Shown piece after piece: positions 1 to 9,312 of a stretch of 47,458 nucleotides of DNA. The position numbers and the translations under genes were made by a program. The number at the start of each line of letters is the position of its first letter. The first letter of the stretch is position 1. Below the pieces are notes generated by a model that was given only the letters and a program-made list of their open reading frames with translations, was not told the origin of the DNA and searched no databases. Source of the stretch: an uncultured Methanosarcinales archaeon (lineage in GTDB: Archaea > Nanobdellota > Nanobdellia > Woesearchaeales > CAZPJY01); assembly GCA_964587045.1 (NCBI GenBank), contig CAZPJY010000012.1, forward strand, positions 1 to 47,458. The letters are read 5' to 3'.

Positions 1-2
1 TT

Positions 3-1247
3 GAAGAGAGGGAGAAGGTGATAGACTCGCTGAAATCCGAGATAGTCGATCTCAGGGAGGATATCAAATCAGTCGAGAGCCAGAGGTTGGGTATCAAGAA
101 GGAAATGGCGCAGAAGGACATCATAATTAGTGACATCCAGAAGGCCTCTGAGATTAAGGAGAAGAAGTATGAGGACAAGATCACCCAGCTGGTGAAGCGT
201 ATAGAGACTCTCGGTGTAGCCCTCGAGGACAAGGCCAAAGAGCTCACCGGCCTGAAGGCACGCGCTGACGAGTCGACCGACACAGTCAAGAAGTACCAGC
301 AGCAGGTCGCTTCAGCCGTAGCGAATGCACACAAGAAGATTGAGTCTTTCGAATCGGATAAACGTCTCCTTGAAAAACAGCTCGCTGATCGGGAGAAGAT
401 AATCGAGACCCAGATGAAAGACTTCGAGGGAGCGGACGACTTGTTGTCCAGACTCAAACAACGGCTCATCGACGAGAGGCACAAGAAGCAGATGTACCAT
501 GAGCGCCTCAACGAGACCGCCAAGAAAATCAACTCTCTCAGGGCGCAGATGCTTGACAAGGTGAGGCAGAACATCAGGTTGGCGAACGAGATTGGCGCCC
601 TCTCGCAGGAGCAGGAGAAGACCAAGCTCATCGTAACCGAGCTGATGAAGGAACGCAAGGATTACGGGGATGACCTCAAGAATCTGTACGGCAGGGTGGC
701 AGCGCTCAAGAAGCTCCTCAGATCGAAGGTTGAGGACAAGAGAGTCGCACTGAGGAGGACAGTGCAGGATTACGAGGACAAGCTGCAGGACCTCATCAAA
801 AAGCAGACTGCCGACGAGATAGAGCTGAATATGAGAGTCAAGCAGCTCATGGATGTGGTCAAGAAGCAGGAGAGGACAATAAAGGACCAGGAGTCAAGGG
901 AGCGCCGGCTGGCTGAGGAGATTTTCGCGCAGATTAAGGGGCTCCTGCCAGCTGCAGAGCTCTCAAGCCCCAAGGTGCAGCCGGCAGTGCCGGTCAAGCT
1001 TGAGGGCAAGGAAGGCGCCACCAACCTGGATTTCAAGACCGAGCAGAAGGAGAGGATTATCAGCGACATGGAGGAGATGCGTGAGCTCGAACCGATGGTT
1101 GAGATAGCTACGCAGCATGGCGATTCCTTAGAAGGGATTAAGTATTCCCTGAAGAGCTCCGGCTACAGGGACTGGAATATCACGGAAGCCATTTCTCGTG
1201 TAGAAAAAGAGTTGAAAAAAATAAAAAAATCTAAGCCGCGTGCTTGA
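3..1247 (+). CDS. Long coiled-coil protein, 5'-truncated, with a small C-terminal helical domain
   Basis: Frame is open from the window start, upstream of the GTG at 18. About 300 aa of K/E/L/Q-rich heptads, a Pro-containing linker, then GDSLEGIKYSLKSSGY..NITEA. No Walker motifs in the visible part. Confidence 0.8.
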   Translation, partial: EEREKVIDSLKSEIVDLREDIKSVESQRLGIKKEMAQKDIIISDIQKASEIKEKKYEDKITQLVKRIETLGVALEDKAKELTGLKARADESTDTVKKYQQQVASAVANAHKKIESFESDKRLLEKQLADREKIIETQMKDFEGADDLLSRLKQRLIDERHKKQMYHERLNETAKKINSLRAQMLDKVRQNIRLANEIGALSQEQEKTKLIVTELMKERKDYGDDLKNLYGRVAALKKLLRSKVEDKRVALRRTVQDYEDKLQDLIKKQTADEIELNMRVKQLMDVVKKQERTIKDQESRERRLAEEIFAQIKGLLPAAELSSPKVQPAVPVKLEGKEGATNLDFKTEQKERIISDMEEMRELEPMVEIATQHGDSLEGIKYSLKSSGYRDWNITEAISRVEKELKKIKKSKPRA

Positions 1248-2184
1248 CGTACAACGGCGTCTGGACGTGCTCCTTGTACTCGAAGCCTGCATAGACGTTC
1301 ACGGCCTTCTCGAAGTCGTTCGGGAACGCGGGGATGTCCTGCGTACACCTGATTGTCCTTAAACCTTCGAAGAGCTGGACGTCTCCTGAGTCCATGCCCG
1401 AACCGCTTGCGCCGTCGAGGCCGCTGCAGTCGAGGGTCCCACCGATGCCGGTCTCCACCCTAACGTTGACAACGTTCTCTTCAGTCAGAGCGTCGCTGCA
1501 TGTCGGAGCTCCGGCCTGAGGTATCGAGATGGCCCCTGCTCCTCTGTGCGAGACCTTGAAGCTAAACGAGATCCTGTTGTTTCCCATCGCTGACTCGGTC
1601 AGTCCAGTAATCTGGATTGGGGAGCCCGCATTAGATACAGGCTTGGCCTCGTTTACTCTGCAGATCGCATTGGGCTCTGTGTCGAGTAGATCCTCTTTTA
1701 CGCAGAGCATGGCGATCGCCCTTGATCCGTACTTGTAGCAGTTGTCAACCCTTAGTGTATAAGTGGTGGTGCCGGTCACGCTTCCAGTGTAGTCCCAGGA
1801 CCCGAAGTCGACATATGTGATCCCTCCTGGGATGACGTTGCCTTCAGAGTCCTTCTCCTTGCCTTCCAAGGGGTCTGAGCCTGCAACGCTCATAGTCGGA
1901 TTGCCGAACTCTCCCGGGTCGACGCCCTGGACGCTGAGCACGTATTCGCCGCTCGCGACGTCATGCTCGCCGACGTTCTCCACCTTCACCTGCACGGAGA
2001 AGGGGAAATTGCCTTGATCATACACTGTTAGCGGAGGGGCGCCTTCCATAAATTGCATCGCCAATCCTTGGGTGCCACCAAGGAAACTTCCGCTGCTTAT
2101 CCCACTCGAGGATTGTTGACAGCCTGCGCCTGTAGTGAAAACCATCAGAACAATCGCGAATATTGCCAGCAGGTACCTGTTCAT
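1231..2184 (-). CDS. Putative lipoprotein, paralog A of a 4-copy Cys-patterned beta-rich family
   Basis: Signal peptide ending GAGC. Family motifs GGTQGL.M.F..GAPP, CYKY..LCV, GSPIQIT. GGAGG Shine-Dalgarno upstream. Confidence 0.85.
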   Translation of the reverse strand: MNRYLLAIFAIVLMVFTTGAGCQQSSSGISSGSFLGGTQGLAMQFMEGAPPLTVYDQGNFPFSVQVKVENVGEHDVASGEYVLSVQGVDPGEFGNPTMSVAGSDPLEGKEKDSEGNVIPGGITYVDFGSWDYTGSVTGTTTYTLRVDNCYKYGSRAIAMLCVKEDLLDTEPNAICRVNEAKPVSNAGSPIQITGLTESAMGNNRISFSFKVSHRGAGAISIPQAGAPTCSDALTEENVVNVRVETGIGGTLDCSGLDGASGSGMDSGDVQLFEGLRTIRCTQDIPAFPNDFEKAVNVYAGFEYKEHVQTPLYVKHAA

Positions 2185-2235
2185 TGTTACCCAACCTCCT
2201 TTTCAACCGGTTAGCGGTCTGTTATGGAAAATTAA

Positions 2236-2263
2236 TATACTTTTTGTTATACTACTATTTAAA
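2236..2263 (-). promoter_or_regulatory. TATA-containing 28-bp element TTTAAATAGTAGTATA-N3-AAAAGTATA, copy 1
   Basis: AT-rich spacer upstream of the 2184 start. 25/28 identical to 47080-47107. Confidence 0.65.
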
Positions 2264-2275
2264 AGTTTCTGTTGT

Positions 2276-3262
2276 TCAGGACCAGTCACTGGGATTATTT
2301 CTGACCCTGACGTTCTTCCAAATTGAATTCCTATAGCCGTAAGCAAGCTGGATGTTCAGCACCGTCTCGTAAGCCTCCTGCACATTGGCGAGGCAGGAGT
2401 CACAGAAACAGTACATGAAACCCTGGCCGTTTATCATCCTCTTGAGGCCGTTGACAGATCCCTGAAGCTGCGGCTGGCAGCTTCCAGTTATGTCGTTCCC
2501 TGAAATCTCGACCCTCTCGACCCATACCTGGTCTATCTCATCGTGCTCAATGTCGTTGTTGCAATTCCTGGGGTCGTTGGGGGTGTAGGAGTCCCTGCTC
2601 CTGACGAAGGTATCGCCGCCGCCGGCGTTCTTGAAGTATATTGTGAACTGGAGCCGATCTCCGACGACGTCGGGCTTCACGCTCGAGACGGTCACGGGAG
2701 CGCCACCCGTCCCTCCGGAGACTGAGTTCATGTGGCAGACCTTTGTGCCTGCCTTCTGGTTATAAGGGTCCGGGTCGAGGCAGACCTTGACCGCTTCCAC
2801 AGTCCTGTAGATGTAGCATGCGGTGGCTTTGATGCGCTGGTCTATGAAGTCCACTCCCTGCGGGACCGAGACCCCATTGGCTCCTGTGCTCCACTCCGCG
2901 ATCCTGAACAGCGTGCCTTGAGGGTTGAACTCGCTCTTTGGGTCTGCGTCGTCTATCGGATAGCCACCTCCCTGGCTGCTTCCTGTTCCTGTGGGGAAGA
3001 AAGAGAACATGCTCGGGTCGTACCCGCTGAGGTAGAGCACCCCTTCGCCCGGCTGGATGTCATATACGCCTTTGTTGTAGTATTTCACCATAACATTCGC
3101 CTCATCGTTCCCGTATATCGTGTTTGGAGGGGCGTTGGGCATGAATTCCAGGTAGATGCCTTGCGTGCCGGTGTGGAAGTTGTATTCCCTCGGGCCCTCT
3201 GTCGTGTTACAGCCGACGATTAGGAGCAATGAGATGAATGCTATAATCATAGTTGAACGCAT
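2276..3262 (-). CDS. Putative lipoprotein, paralog B
   Basis: Lipobox LIVGC. Motifs TGTQGIYLEFMPNAPP, ACYIYRT..VCLDPD, GGAPVTV, LAYGY. Confidence 0.85.
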   Translation of the reverse strand: MRSTMIIAFISLLLIVGCNTTEGPREYNFHTGTQGIYLEFMPNAPPNTIYGNDEANVMVKYYNKGVYDIQPGEGVLYLSGYDPSMFSFFPTGTGSSQGGGYPIDDADPKSEFNPQGTLFRIAEWSTGANGVSVPQGVDFIDQRIKATACYIYRTVEAVKVCLDPDPYNQKAGTKVCHMNSVSGGTGGAPVTVSSVKPDVVGDRLQFTIYFKNAGGGDTFVRSRDSYTPNDPRNCNNDIEHDEIDQVWVERVEISGNDITGSCQPQLQGSVNGLKRMINGQGFMYCFCDSCLANVQEAYETVLNIQLAYGYRNSIWKNVRVRNNPSDWS

Positions 3263-3304
3263 ATTGGTTATCTCCGTTATTCGCGATTAATAAGATTTTC
3301 GTTT

Positions 3305-4252
3305 TTAAGACATCCGGACTGCTTCCACATTAGTGGTAATGCTGTTCGAATAACCGTAGTCCAGGGCGATGCTAAGCAGGGTCTGGTGGTTGCCTGCGTT
3401 CCTGTCAAATGAAGCCGTGCAGACGATGATGTTCTTCCCTTCGTAGAGCTTGACCGCATGCCTTCCGTTGTTGATGGGCTGGCACTGATCAGTTATTATC
3501 GTCCCCTCGACACCGACTATGTAATCGACCCAGTCGAGCTGGCTCTCGTCAATCTCGACTCCCTCTGTGCATGGCTGCTGGTATGCACCCATGCTTATCA
3601 CCTGGCCGTTTCCGAGGTTGTGGATTATTATCGTAAACTGTATCGTTATCTCCTGGTCGTTTTCGCCTATCGGGAACGTGTCCATATCCACTTTGGTCAC
3701 GCCGACAGGCGCGCCCTGGCCTGCGCCCCCGCTCCAGTCGCGGCTGACGCAGTCGCCGGCATCCCTTGCCAGGGTGCCGCTGTTGACGTCCACACAGACC
3801 GGTATGCCTATCATCGTCCTGTATGGGTAGCAGGCCACCACCTGTACAGGAATCTTTAGGAACTGCGACCCGATAGGGATGTCCACAACGTCTGCGTGGT
3901 ACTCCAGGATTTCAAGCTGTCCGTTGGGGTTAAGCTTGGACTTGCCCTCGATGTCGAAGCTGAAGCCTCCGTTCTGTGGCACCAGGTCAGAGATGAGGCC
4001 CGGATCGTAGCCGCCGATGGAAATCATCCCTCCCTGCACGTCGTACGTCCCCACGTTCCTCAGCTCTATCCCTAGGTGGAGGCCGTTCTCTGCCCAGACC
4101 TTCGGGCCGGGCATCCCGGGCATGAACCTCATGGTTATGCCGTTCTTGCCCACATAGATGTCTTTTTCTAGCGGCATTTCAGAACGGCCCATGATCCCTT
4201 GGCATCCTGACAGGAGCAGGAGGATTAGGAGTAGCACAGCATATCTCATCAT
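3305..4252 (-). CDS. Putative lipoprotein, paralog C
   Basis: Lipobox LLSGC. Motifs GKNGITMRFMPGMP, ACYPYRT..VCVD, QGAPVGV, LDYGY. Overlaps paralog D by 4 bp. Confidence 0.85.
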   Translation of the reverse strand: MMRYAVLLLILLLLSGCQGIMGRSEMPLEKDIYVGKNGITMRFMPGMPGPKVWAENGLHLGIELRNVGTYDVQGGMISIGGYDPGLISDLVPQNGGFSFDIEGKSKLNPNGQLEILEYHADVVDIPIGSQFLKIPVQVVACYPYRTMIGIPVCVDVNSGTLARDAGDCVSRDWSGGAGQGAPVGVTKVDMDTFPIGENDQEITIQFTIIIHNLGNGQVISMGAYQQPCTEGVEIDESQLDWVDYIVGVEGTIITDQCQPINNGRHAVKLYEGKNIIVCTASFDRNAGNHQTLLSIALDYGYSNSITTNVEAVRMS

Positions 4253-5166
4253 CTCCTCCGCGAGAAGTCGCGGATGGTCACCTCCTTGTAGTCGTTGGTG
4301 ATGTAGCCGTAGCTCAGGCGTATGTTGAGCGGGCTGCTATATGTGATTGTGTTGATTGGTATGGTTGTACTGCATAGCACGAAGTTCGAGTCGAAGTTGC
4401 GGGTCATGTGGATGATGCCGCTTCCGCAGTCGAGATCCGTCGCCCCGAGGGTGACGCTGGCGCGGACCTCGTTCCATCCTATCCTGTCAGGGCTCAGGTC
4501 GGTCTGCGAACCGCACACGTCACCGATGGCGCTCTCTGAGTAGGACACCACCTGACCTTCCTGCAGGTTCTTGACGTAGATCTTGAACTGGACAATCATC
4601 TCGCCCCCGGAGGGAAGCATCGCAGTGTCTATCTTGTCCACGACGACAGGGCCTCCCTGCTTGCCGGGCTTGACCTGCTGTATGGTGCAGACCTTGTCAT
4701 TCTTTAGGTTGTAGATGTCTGGGTCGACGCAAACGTCCGGGTCGGCGAATGTTTCATAGAGGTAGCAAAGCTCTATCTGGAGAAGGCATTCGAGATCCTC
4801 CTCCTGCGCTTGGAGGTCGAAGATGTATCTCACATTGGAGCCGCTTGGGTTGTACATCGTTTTGCCCTCGATGAGATCCCAGTTTGTGCCCGCAACTGTG
4901 CTTCCCCCGATAGGTGCCGCCTGGCAGCTCGAGACTGAGAGGAGAACCGGAGATGCAGGGCTGTAGCCCTCGTTCTTCACCAGCACCCCGACCTTGAAGT
5001 CGGTGTCCATCAGCAGCTCGTCAGGGGGCATATTGGTGAGGAGCTCCATGGAAAGGCCCTTTCCTCCCGTGTTGAGGTCGGGCACGGTCTCAGGACTATA
5101 GCTACCCCCACCTCCACATCCCGCGATGAGCAGGACAATCAATAGCGCTAGGAGTGCTCTCATCAT
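4249..5166 (-). CDS. Putative lipoprotein, paralog D
   Basis: Lipobox LIAGC. Motifs TGGKGLSMELLTNMPP, LCYLYET..VCVDPD, QGGPVVV, LSYGY. Overlaps the upstream gene by 4 bp. Confidence 0.85.
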   Translation of the reverse strand: MMRALLALLIVLLIAGCGGGGSYSPETVPDLNTGGKGLSMELLTNMPPDELLMDTDFKVGVLVKNEGYSPASPVLLSVSSCQAAPIGGSTVAGTNWDLIEGKTMYNPSGSNVRYIFDLQAQEEDLECLLQIELCYLYETFADPDVCVDPDIYNLKNDKVCTIQQVKPGKQGGPVVVDKIDTAMLPSGGEMIVQFKIYVKNLQEGQVVSYSESAIGDVCGSQTDLSPDRIGWNEVRASVTLGATDLDCGSGIIHMTRNFDSNFVLCSTTIPINTITYSSPLNIRLSYGYITNDYKEVTIRDFSRRR

Positions 5167-6938
5167 ATCACCATTATGTAGACCTTCTTCTCGAACTGGT
5201 AGATGTATGGCGCTTCGATAGTTATAATCCTGTCGACAGGATTGTTGGTCTCGCTGAACATACCGCTTGGGTTGATATTTAGATTGACCTGGAAGAAAGG
5301 CATCTTGAATGTCCTCTGCTGCTCTCTGAACATCTGGTTTACATCTGTAAGCGAAGGCATGGCCTCAATGGTGAAGCTGTCGGGGGGGATGATTGTCGGA
5401 AGGCTGGGCAGTTCCAGAATCTTTCCATCCGCGTTGTTCACGAAACCGATTCTGAGTCCGAGCTCGCGGTCCTCGCTGCCCATCTTCATGGGCGATTCAG
5501 TCTTGGTGGTAAGGTCCACCTGGACAATCCCGCTCTCCATCTTCGCCGGTATTACCTCTTTGTGAGGGAAGCTCTGACTGTCCATGTCAGGCACCCTGTC
5601 TGATACGAAGTACATCTTGAGGTAGGACCTCGCGACCTGGTTGAACTTGACGAAGCCTGTGAATGTGTACCTCCCTGGAGGGAGGGGTTCGCGCGACCTG
5701 CAGAGGAAGGTCTGCTTGTTCGAGCTGGCCATTGTGTTCTCTGAGAAGGGTATCGTCACCTCCTGGAACGGCGTGAACATGCCCGGCCAGGTGGTTGAGC
5801 TGTTGGAGAAGTTGCACGCAGCCTCAAAGGTCATCACGACGTCATCGTTTCCCTTGATTACATCGATGTCTATACCGACCCCGATGGTGTTCACGTAGTT
5901 GGAGGTGAAGGCTTCGTTGTTCTTTCCAAGTGTGACCTTGACCTCTGTCGGGACAATCTCGAGCTCTTCACCTGTCGGTACGATATACTCCTCCTCATCC
6001 ACACCTGACTGTATGCGGTCCCACTCTGTACAGTCCATCTTTATCGTGCAGTCATAGTACGCAGACTGCCGTTTCCATAGCTCCTTTCCGAGTTCCCAAG
6101 GTCCCTGCCACGCCGTTGTCGCCTTCTGGTTGAACTCGTCCTCCATCTCAGGCGTGACCATTGACTGGACGTCGGTGCTGAGGTCTGATACCAGCCCTTC
6201 TGCGATTATCACGTTAAATATCAGGAAGAAGAGCCAGTAGATGACCGCGGCCTTGAACCAGAAGCTTGAGAACCTGCTCGGCCTTTCGGAATTGCCCACG
6301 ATGAGCGCAAAGTAAGCCCAGAACGCCCACGGCAGCTTGAGGGCGAACCATCTTAGGACCGGCCACCCAGCAATCCCCGCTTGGGACAGAACTGGCAGCA
6401 GTCCAGCTTCTAGGAACAGGACGACCGGTGCCCCTATGCGGGCGACCGGGCTGTGCCAGCCCAGGAACACGACCATGAAAGCCGTTATGATGTCCAGCGA
6501 GATAGTCATGTAGTTGATCTGCCAATGGAAGAGACCCCCGTCAATCAGCAGGTGTAGGATGACGCCCCAGATGAAGAGCCAGTCCCATCCGCTGGCGGGC
6601 ACGAATATGCTTCCCCCCATATCCATCGCGGCCTGGCCTGCGCCCCTGACGGCTCCGGCTGCTCCGGCTCCCACGCTCTTGACCTTGTTGACTATGGTTG
6701 GGGCATAATTCTTGGCTTTGCCGCCCATGTAAGCAGCTCCTGACACTGCGCTCCTCCCGGCGAACTTGGCGGCGCGCTTGAAGTAGGTTCTCTTTTCCTT
6801 GTCGACCGCCTCATCTGTCTCGTCCTTCTTAATGTCCTCATTAGCTGCGTCCTCATCTCTCTGCGCAGCGAACATCTTGGCCTTGTTGGCCTCTACCTCG
6901 GACTCTAGTGCTTTTTTCACATCGTCGTCATAAGCCAT
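5163..6938 (-). CDS. Polytopic membrane protein with a large C-terminal beta-rich domain
   Basis: Charged N-terminus, about 5 hydrophobic segments (aa ~120-250), then a beta-rich domain ending APYIYQFEKKVYI, which resembles the lipoprotein C-terminal strand. Confidence 0.8.
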   Translation of the reverse strand: MAYDDDVKKALESEVEANKAKMFAAQRDEDAANEDIKKDETDEAVDKEKRTYFKRAAKFAGRSAVSGAAYMGGKAKNYAPTIVNKVKSVGAGAAGAVRGAGQAAMDMGGSIFVPASGWDWLFIWGVILHLLIDGGLFHWQINYMTISLDIITAFMVVFLGWHSPVARIGAPVVLFLEAGLLPVLSQAGIAGWPVLRWFALKLPWAFWAYFALIVGNSERPSRFSSFWFKAAVIYWLFFLIFNVIIAEGLVSDLSTDVQSMVTPEMEDEFNQKATTAWQGPWELGKELWKRQSAYYDCTIKMDCTEWDRIQSGVDEEEYIVPTGEELEIVPTEVKVTLGKNNEAFTSNYVNTIGVGIDIDVIKGNDDVVMTFEAACNFSNSSTTWPGMFTPFQEVTIPFSENTMASSNKQTFLCRSREPLPPGRYTFTGFVKFNQVARSYLKMYFVSDRVPDMDSQSFPHKEVIPAKMESGIVQVDLTTKTESPMKMGSEDRELGLRIGFVNNADGKILELPSLPTIIPPDSFTIEAMPSLTDVNQMFREQQRTFKMPFFQVNLNINPSGMFSETNNPVDRIITIEAPYIYQFEKKVYIMVI

Positions 6939-6980
6939 TTTCTCTTAGAAGCCGTTTCACCTCTTCCCCGTGTGACAGGC

Positions 6981-8156
6981 CTAATCGACCTTTATGAGCT
7001 CCAATCTCAGTTCCCTGATGTTCAGGACAGTATTGTCAGGTATGATCTCCAGGGCGTTACTGCCTTCCTCGACGTATTCGTTCAAGGTTCTGACGTACGT
7101 GCTCTCATAGGTCTGGAAGTGCGTCGTTCGGCCGTTTATTATGATCTTCCCCTTCTTGAAATCGATATCGTCGACGAAGTCCACTGTGAGGTTGATGTCA
7201 TAGAGGTTGACCTCGATATCGTCGATTTCATCCTGGGAGAGATCGAAGTAGTATGTGGGGTAGATCGGCTCCTTAAGTTCAGTGTCGATTCTGATGCTGT
7301 CGACAAGGTAGTCCCCTCCTCCAGTCCTGAACGTAAGATCGTTTATTCCCGATTTGGTGATGTCAGGAGAGAACTCTATCGTGTTGGTTATGCCGCAATC
7401 CGGTATCCCTGAAAACATAGTGATGCCGTTGATTGATATCGTCAGCCCTTTGGCTTGGCTCTGGGCGCAGTCGGGGAAGTACTTGAGCTTGATGTAGTCG
7501 ATATTCTCGTATTCCTCCTCTGATAGCCAGAACGTGTTTGTGCTTCTCTGCGCCGATGTGTCAGTCACGTCTCCGGTGAGCTTGATATCCTCTACATTGT
7601 ATTCGTGGCGCCTCCAAAATGTCCATCCGACATCTGAGACTGCGAAATTCAGGGTGTTGTCGTCCCCTAGGTATTCCGGAGGTATCTGGATCGGAGCCGG
7701 TGCGTTGATAACCTCCTCATTGAACAGCTCCTGGCCGTTCAGGGTAATTATTAGCCTGCCTTGGCCTTCCGCTGAGAAAGAGAGCAGCATGTTGTCTGCC
7801 TGTTCCCTCAGCGGGAATGGGAGGGATTTGTCGTTGTGCGTGAAGGATGTGCGAGCCACGTACACATTGGGGAACTCGTGCAGGACCTTCGCGTCCGTCT
7901 TGGTCAGAAGGTACAGGGAGGGTATGTCGTGCTCGAACGTGTCCGTCTTGAGGTATTCGAGCTTTCCCGGGTTCTCTTCGAGCACAGTGCGCTCTACAAC
8001 CCCCCCGTTGTCGTCCCACCATATGTTGCTCTCGTTGCCTTCGAGAAGATCGTTGCGGACCTCGGGCGGGAGGAAGAGTATGTAGAGGATTATTAGCCCG
8101 GCGATAATAGCAACAAGCGCGGCTGCGTTCGATCCTGACTGTGCTCTCTTGCTCAT
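6981..8156 (-). CDS. Secreted or anchored protein with a class III (type IV prepilin-like) signal peptide and three internal beta repeats
   Basis: MSKRAQ followed by a hydrophobic helix. The pattern I-x-[IL]-N-G...N-x-L occurs three times. Confidence 0.75.
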   Translation of the reverse strand: MSKRAQSGSNAAALVAIIAGLIILYILFLPPEVRNDLLEGNESNIWWDDNGGVVERTVLEENPGKLEYLKTDTFEHDIPSLYLLTKTDAKVLHEFPNVYVARTSFTHNDKSLPFPLREQADNMLLSFSAEGQGRLIITLNGQELFNEEVINAPAPIQIPPEYLGDDNTLNFAVSDVGWTFWRRHEYNVEDIKLTGDVTDTSAQRSTNTFWLSEEEYENIDYIKLKYFPDCAQSQAKGLTISINGITMFSGIPDCGITNTIEFSPDITKSGINDLTFRTGGGDYLVDSIRIDTELKEPIYPTYYFDLSQDEIDDIEVNLYDINLTVDFVDDIDFKKGKIIINGRTTHFQTYESTYVRTLNEYVEEGSNALEIIPDNTVLNIRELRLELIKVD

Positions 8157-8262
8157 TGGTTGTACCTGGAATGAAAATTATTATATAATCTCCTCTTTTA
8201 TTAGGAAGTAGCCTATTTAAATTTTTTTGTTTTTATCACTATAATCCAGAGGGAAAATCAGT

Positions 8263-9312
8263 ATGAAAATCGTCTATAAGGATCTCAAGCATGGAGAGGT
8301 CAAGGTTTTGGTCCAGGATGCCGACGACCTGTGGTACCTGTCCCAGATCGTCGATCCGGGAGATTTGGTCAGTGCGAGCACCCTCAGGAAGATCAAGATG
8401 GGGGGCGAGGATGCTAGGGATTCGAAGGCGGTCAAGAAGAGGGTTTTCCTGTCTGTCAGGGTCGAGAAGACCGAGTTTGTCGCGACCGCGCTTCGCGTGT
8501 CAGGGGTGGTCGAGCAGGGCCCTGAGGACGTGCCGCACGGCAGCCACCACACCCTTACTGTTGAGCAGGGTGCCACACTCTCCATCAAGAAGGAAACCTG
8601 GCTCAATTTCCAGCTTGCGAGGCTGAAGGAAGCTTCTGAGAGGTCGCGGGCCTCGGTCTTGATAGTGGTACATGACCGCGAGGAGGCGACATTCGCGCTG
8701 CTCAGGGACTTTGGCTACTCAGTCCTGTCCACCCTGAAAGGCGAGGTGCAGAAGAAGTACGCGGAGCAGAAGACCGTGCCCTTCTACTCCCAGATATCGA
8801 AGGTGCTCGAAGAATATGACAAGAGACACAATCCCTCAAGGATTGTCGTGGCGTCGCCCGCATTCTTCAAGGACGACCTCATGAAGGAGCTTTCAAGGAC
8901 AGGCCTCAAGGCTAAGCTCGTGCCTGCTTCGTGCTCATCTGCAGACGAGCAGGCGATAGCCGAGGTCGTCAGGAGGCCTGAGCTGGCCAAGGCACTTGAG
9001 GAGGAGAGGTATGCCGAGGAGACCAAGAGGGTGCAGGATCTGCTCGCTGCAATCAAGAAAGGCGAGCCTGCAGCCTACGGAATGGATGAGACTGAAAAGG
9101 CGGCTCTCGCGGGGGCAGTCAACCTCCTGCTCACTTCTGACGGTTTGATATCAAGCCTGAGGGAAGAGGGAGGCTTCCAACGGCTGGAGTCGGTGATGAA
9201 GTCAGTTGAGCGCTCTAAAGGCAAGGTTATGATAATCAACTCGTCCCACGACGGCGGGAAGCTACTCGACGGCCTCGGCGGGATAGGCGCGTTGCTTCGC
9301 TACGCACTCTAG
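8263..9312 (+). CDS. pelA: Pelota/Dom34 ribosome rescue factor
   Basis: DDLWYLSQIVDPGDLV..STLRKI, GSHHTL, C-terminal GLGGIGALLRY. Confidence 0.95.
   Translation: MKIVYKDLKHGEVKVLVQDADDLWYLSQIVDPGDLVSASTLRKIKMGGEDARDSKAVKKRVFLSVRVEKTEFVATALRVSGVVEQGPEDVPHGSHHTLTVEQGATLSIKKETWLNFQLARLKEASERSRASVLIVVHDREEATFALLRDFGYSVLSTLKGEVQKKYAEQKTVPFYSQISKVLEEYDKRHNPSRIVVASPAFFKDDLMKELSRTGLKAKLVPASCSSADEQAIAEVVRRPELAKALEEERYAEETKRVQDLLAAIKKGEPAAYGMDETEKAALAGAVNLLLTSDGLISSLREEGGFQRLESVMKSVERSKGKVMIINSSHDGGKLLDGLGGIGALLRYAL

Noticed and set aside
18..1247. Calling the coiled-coil protein SMC or Rad50
   Set aside because: The C-terminus is visible and lacks the ABC signature and Walker B motifs.
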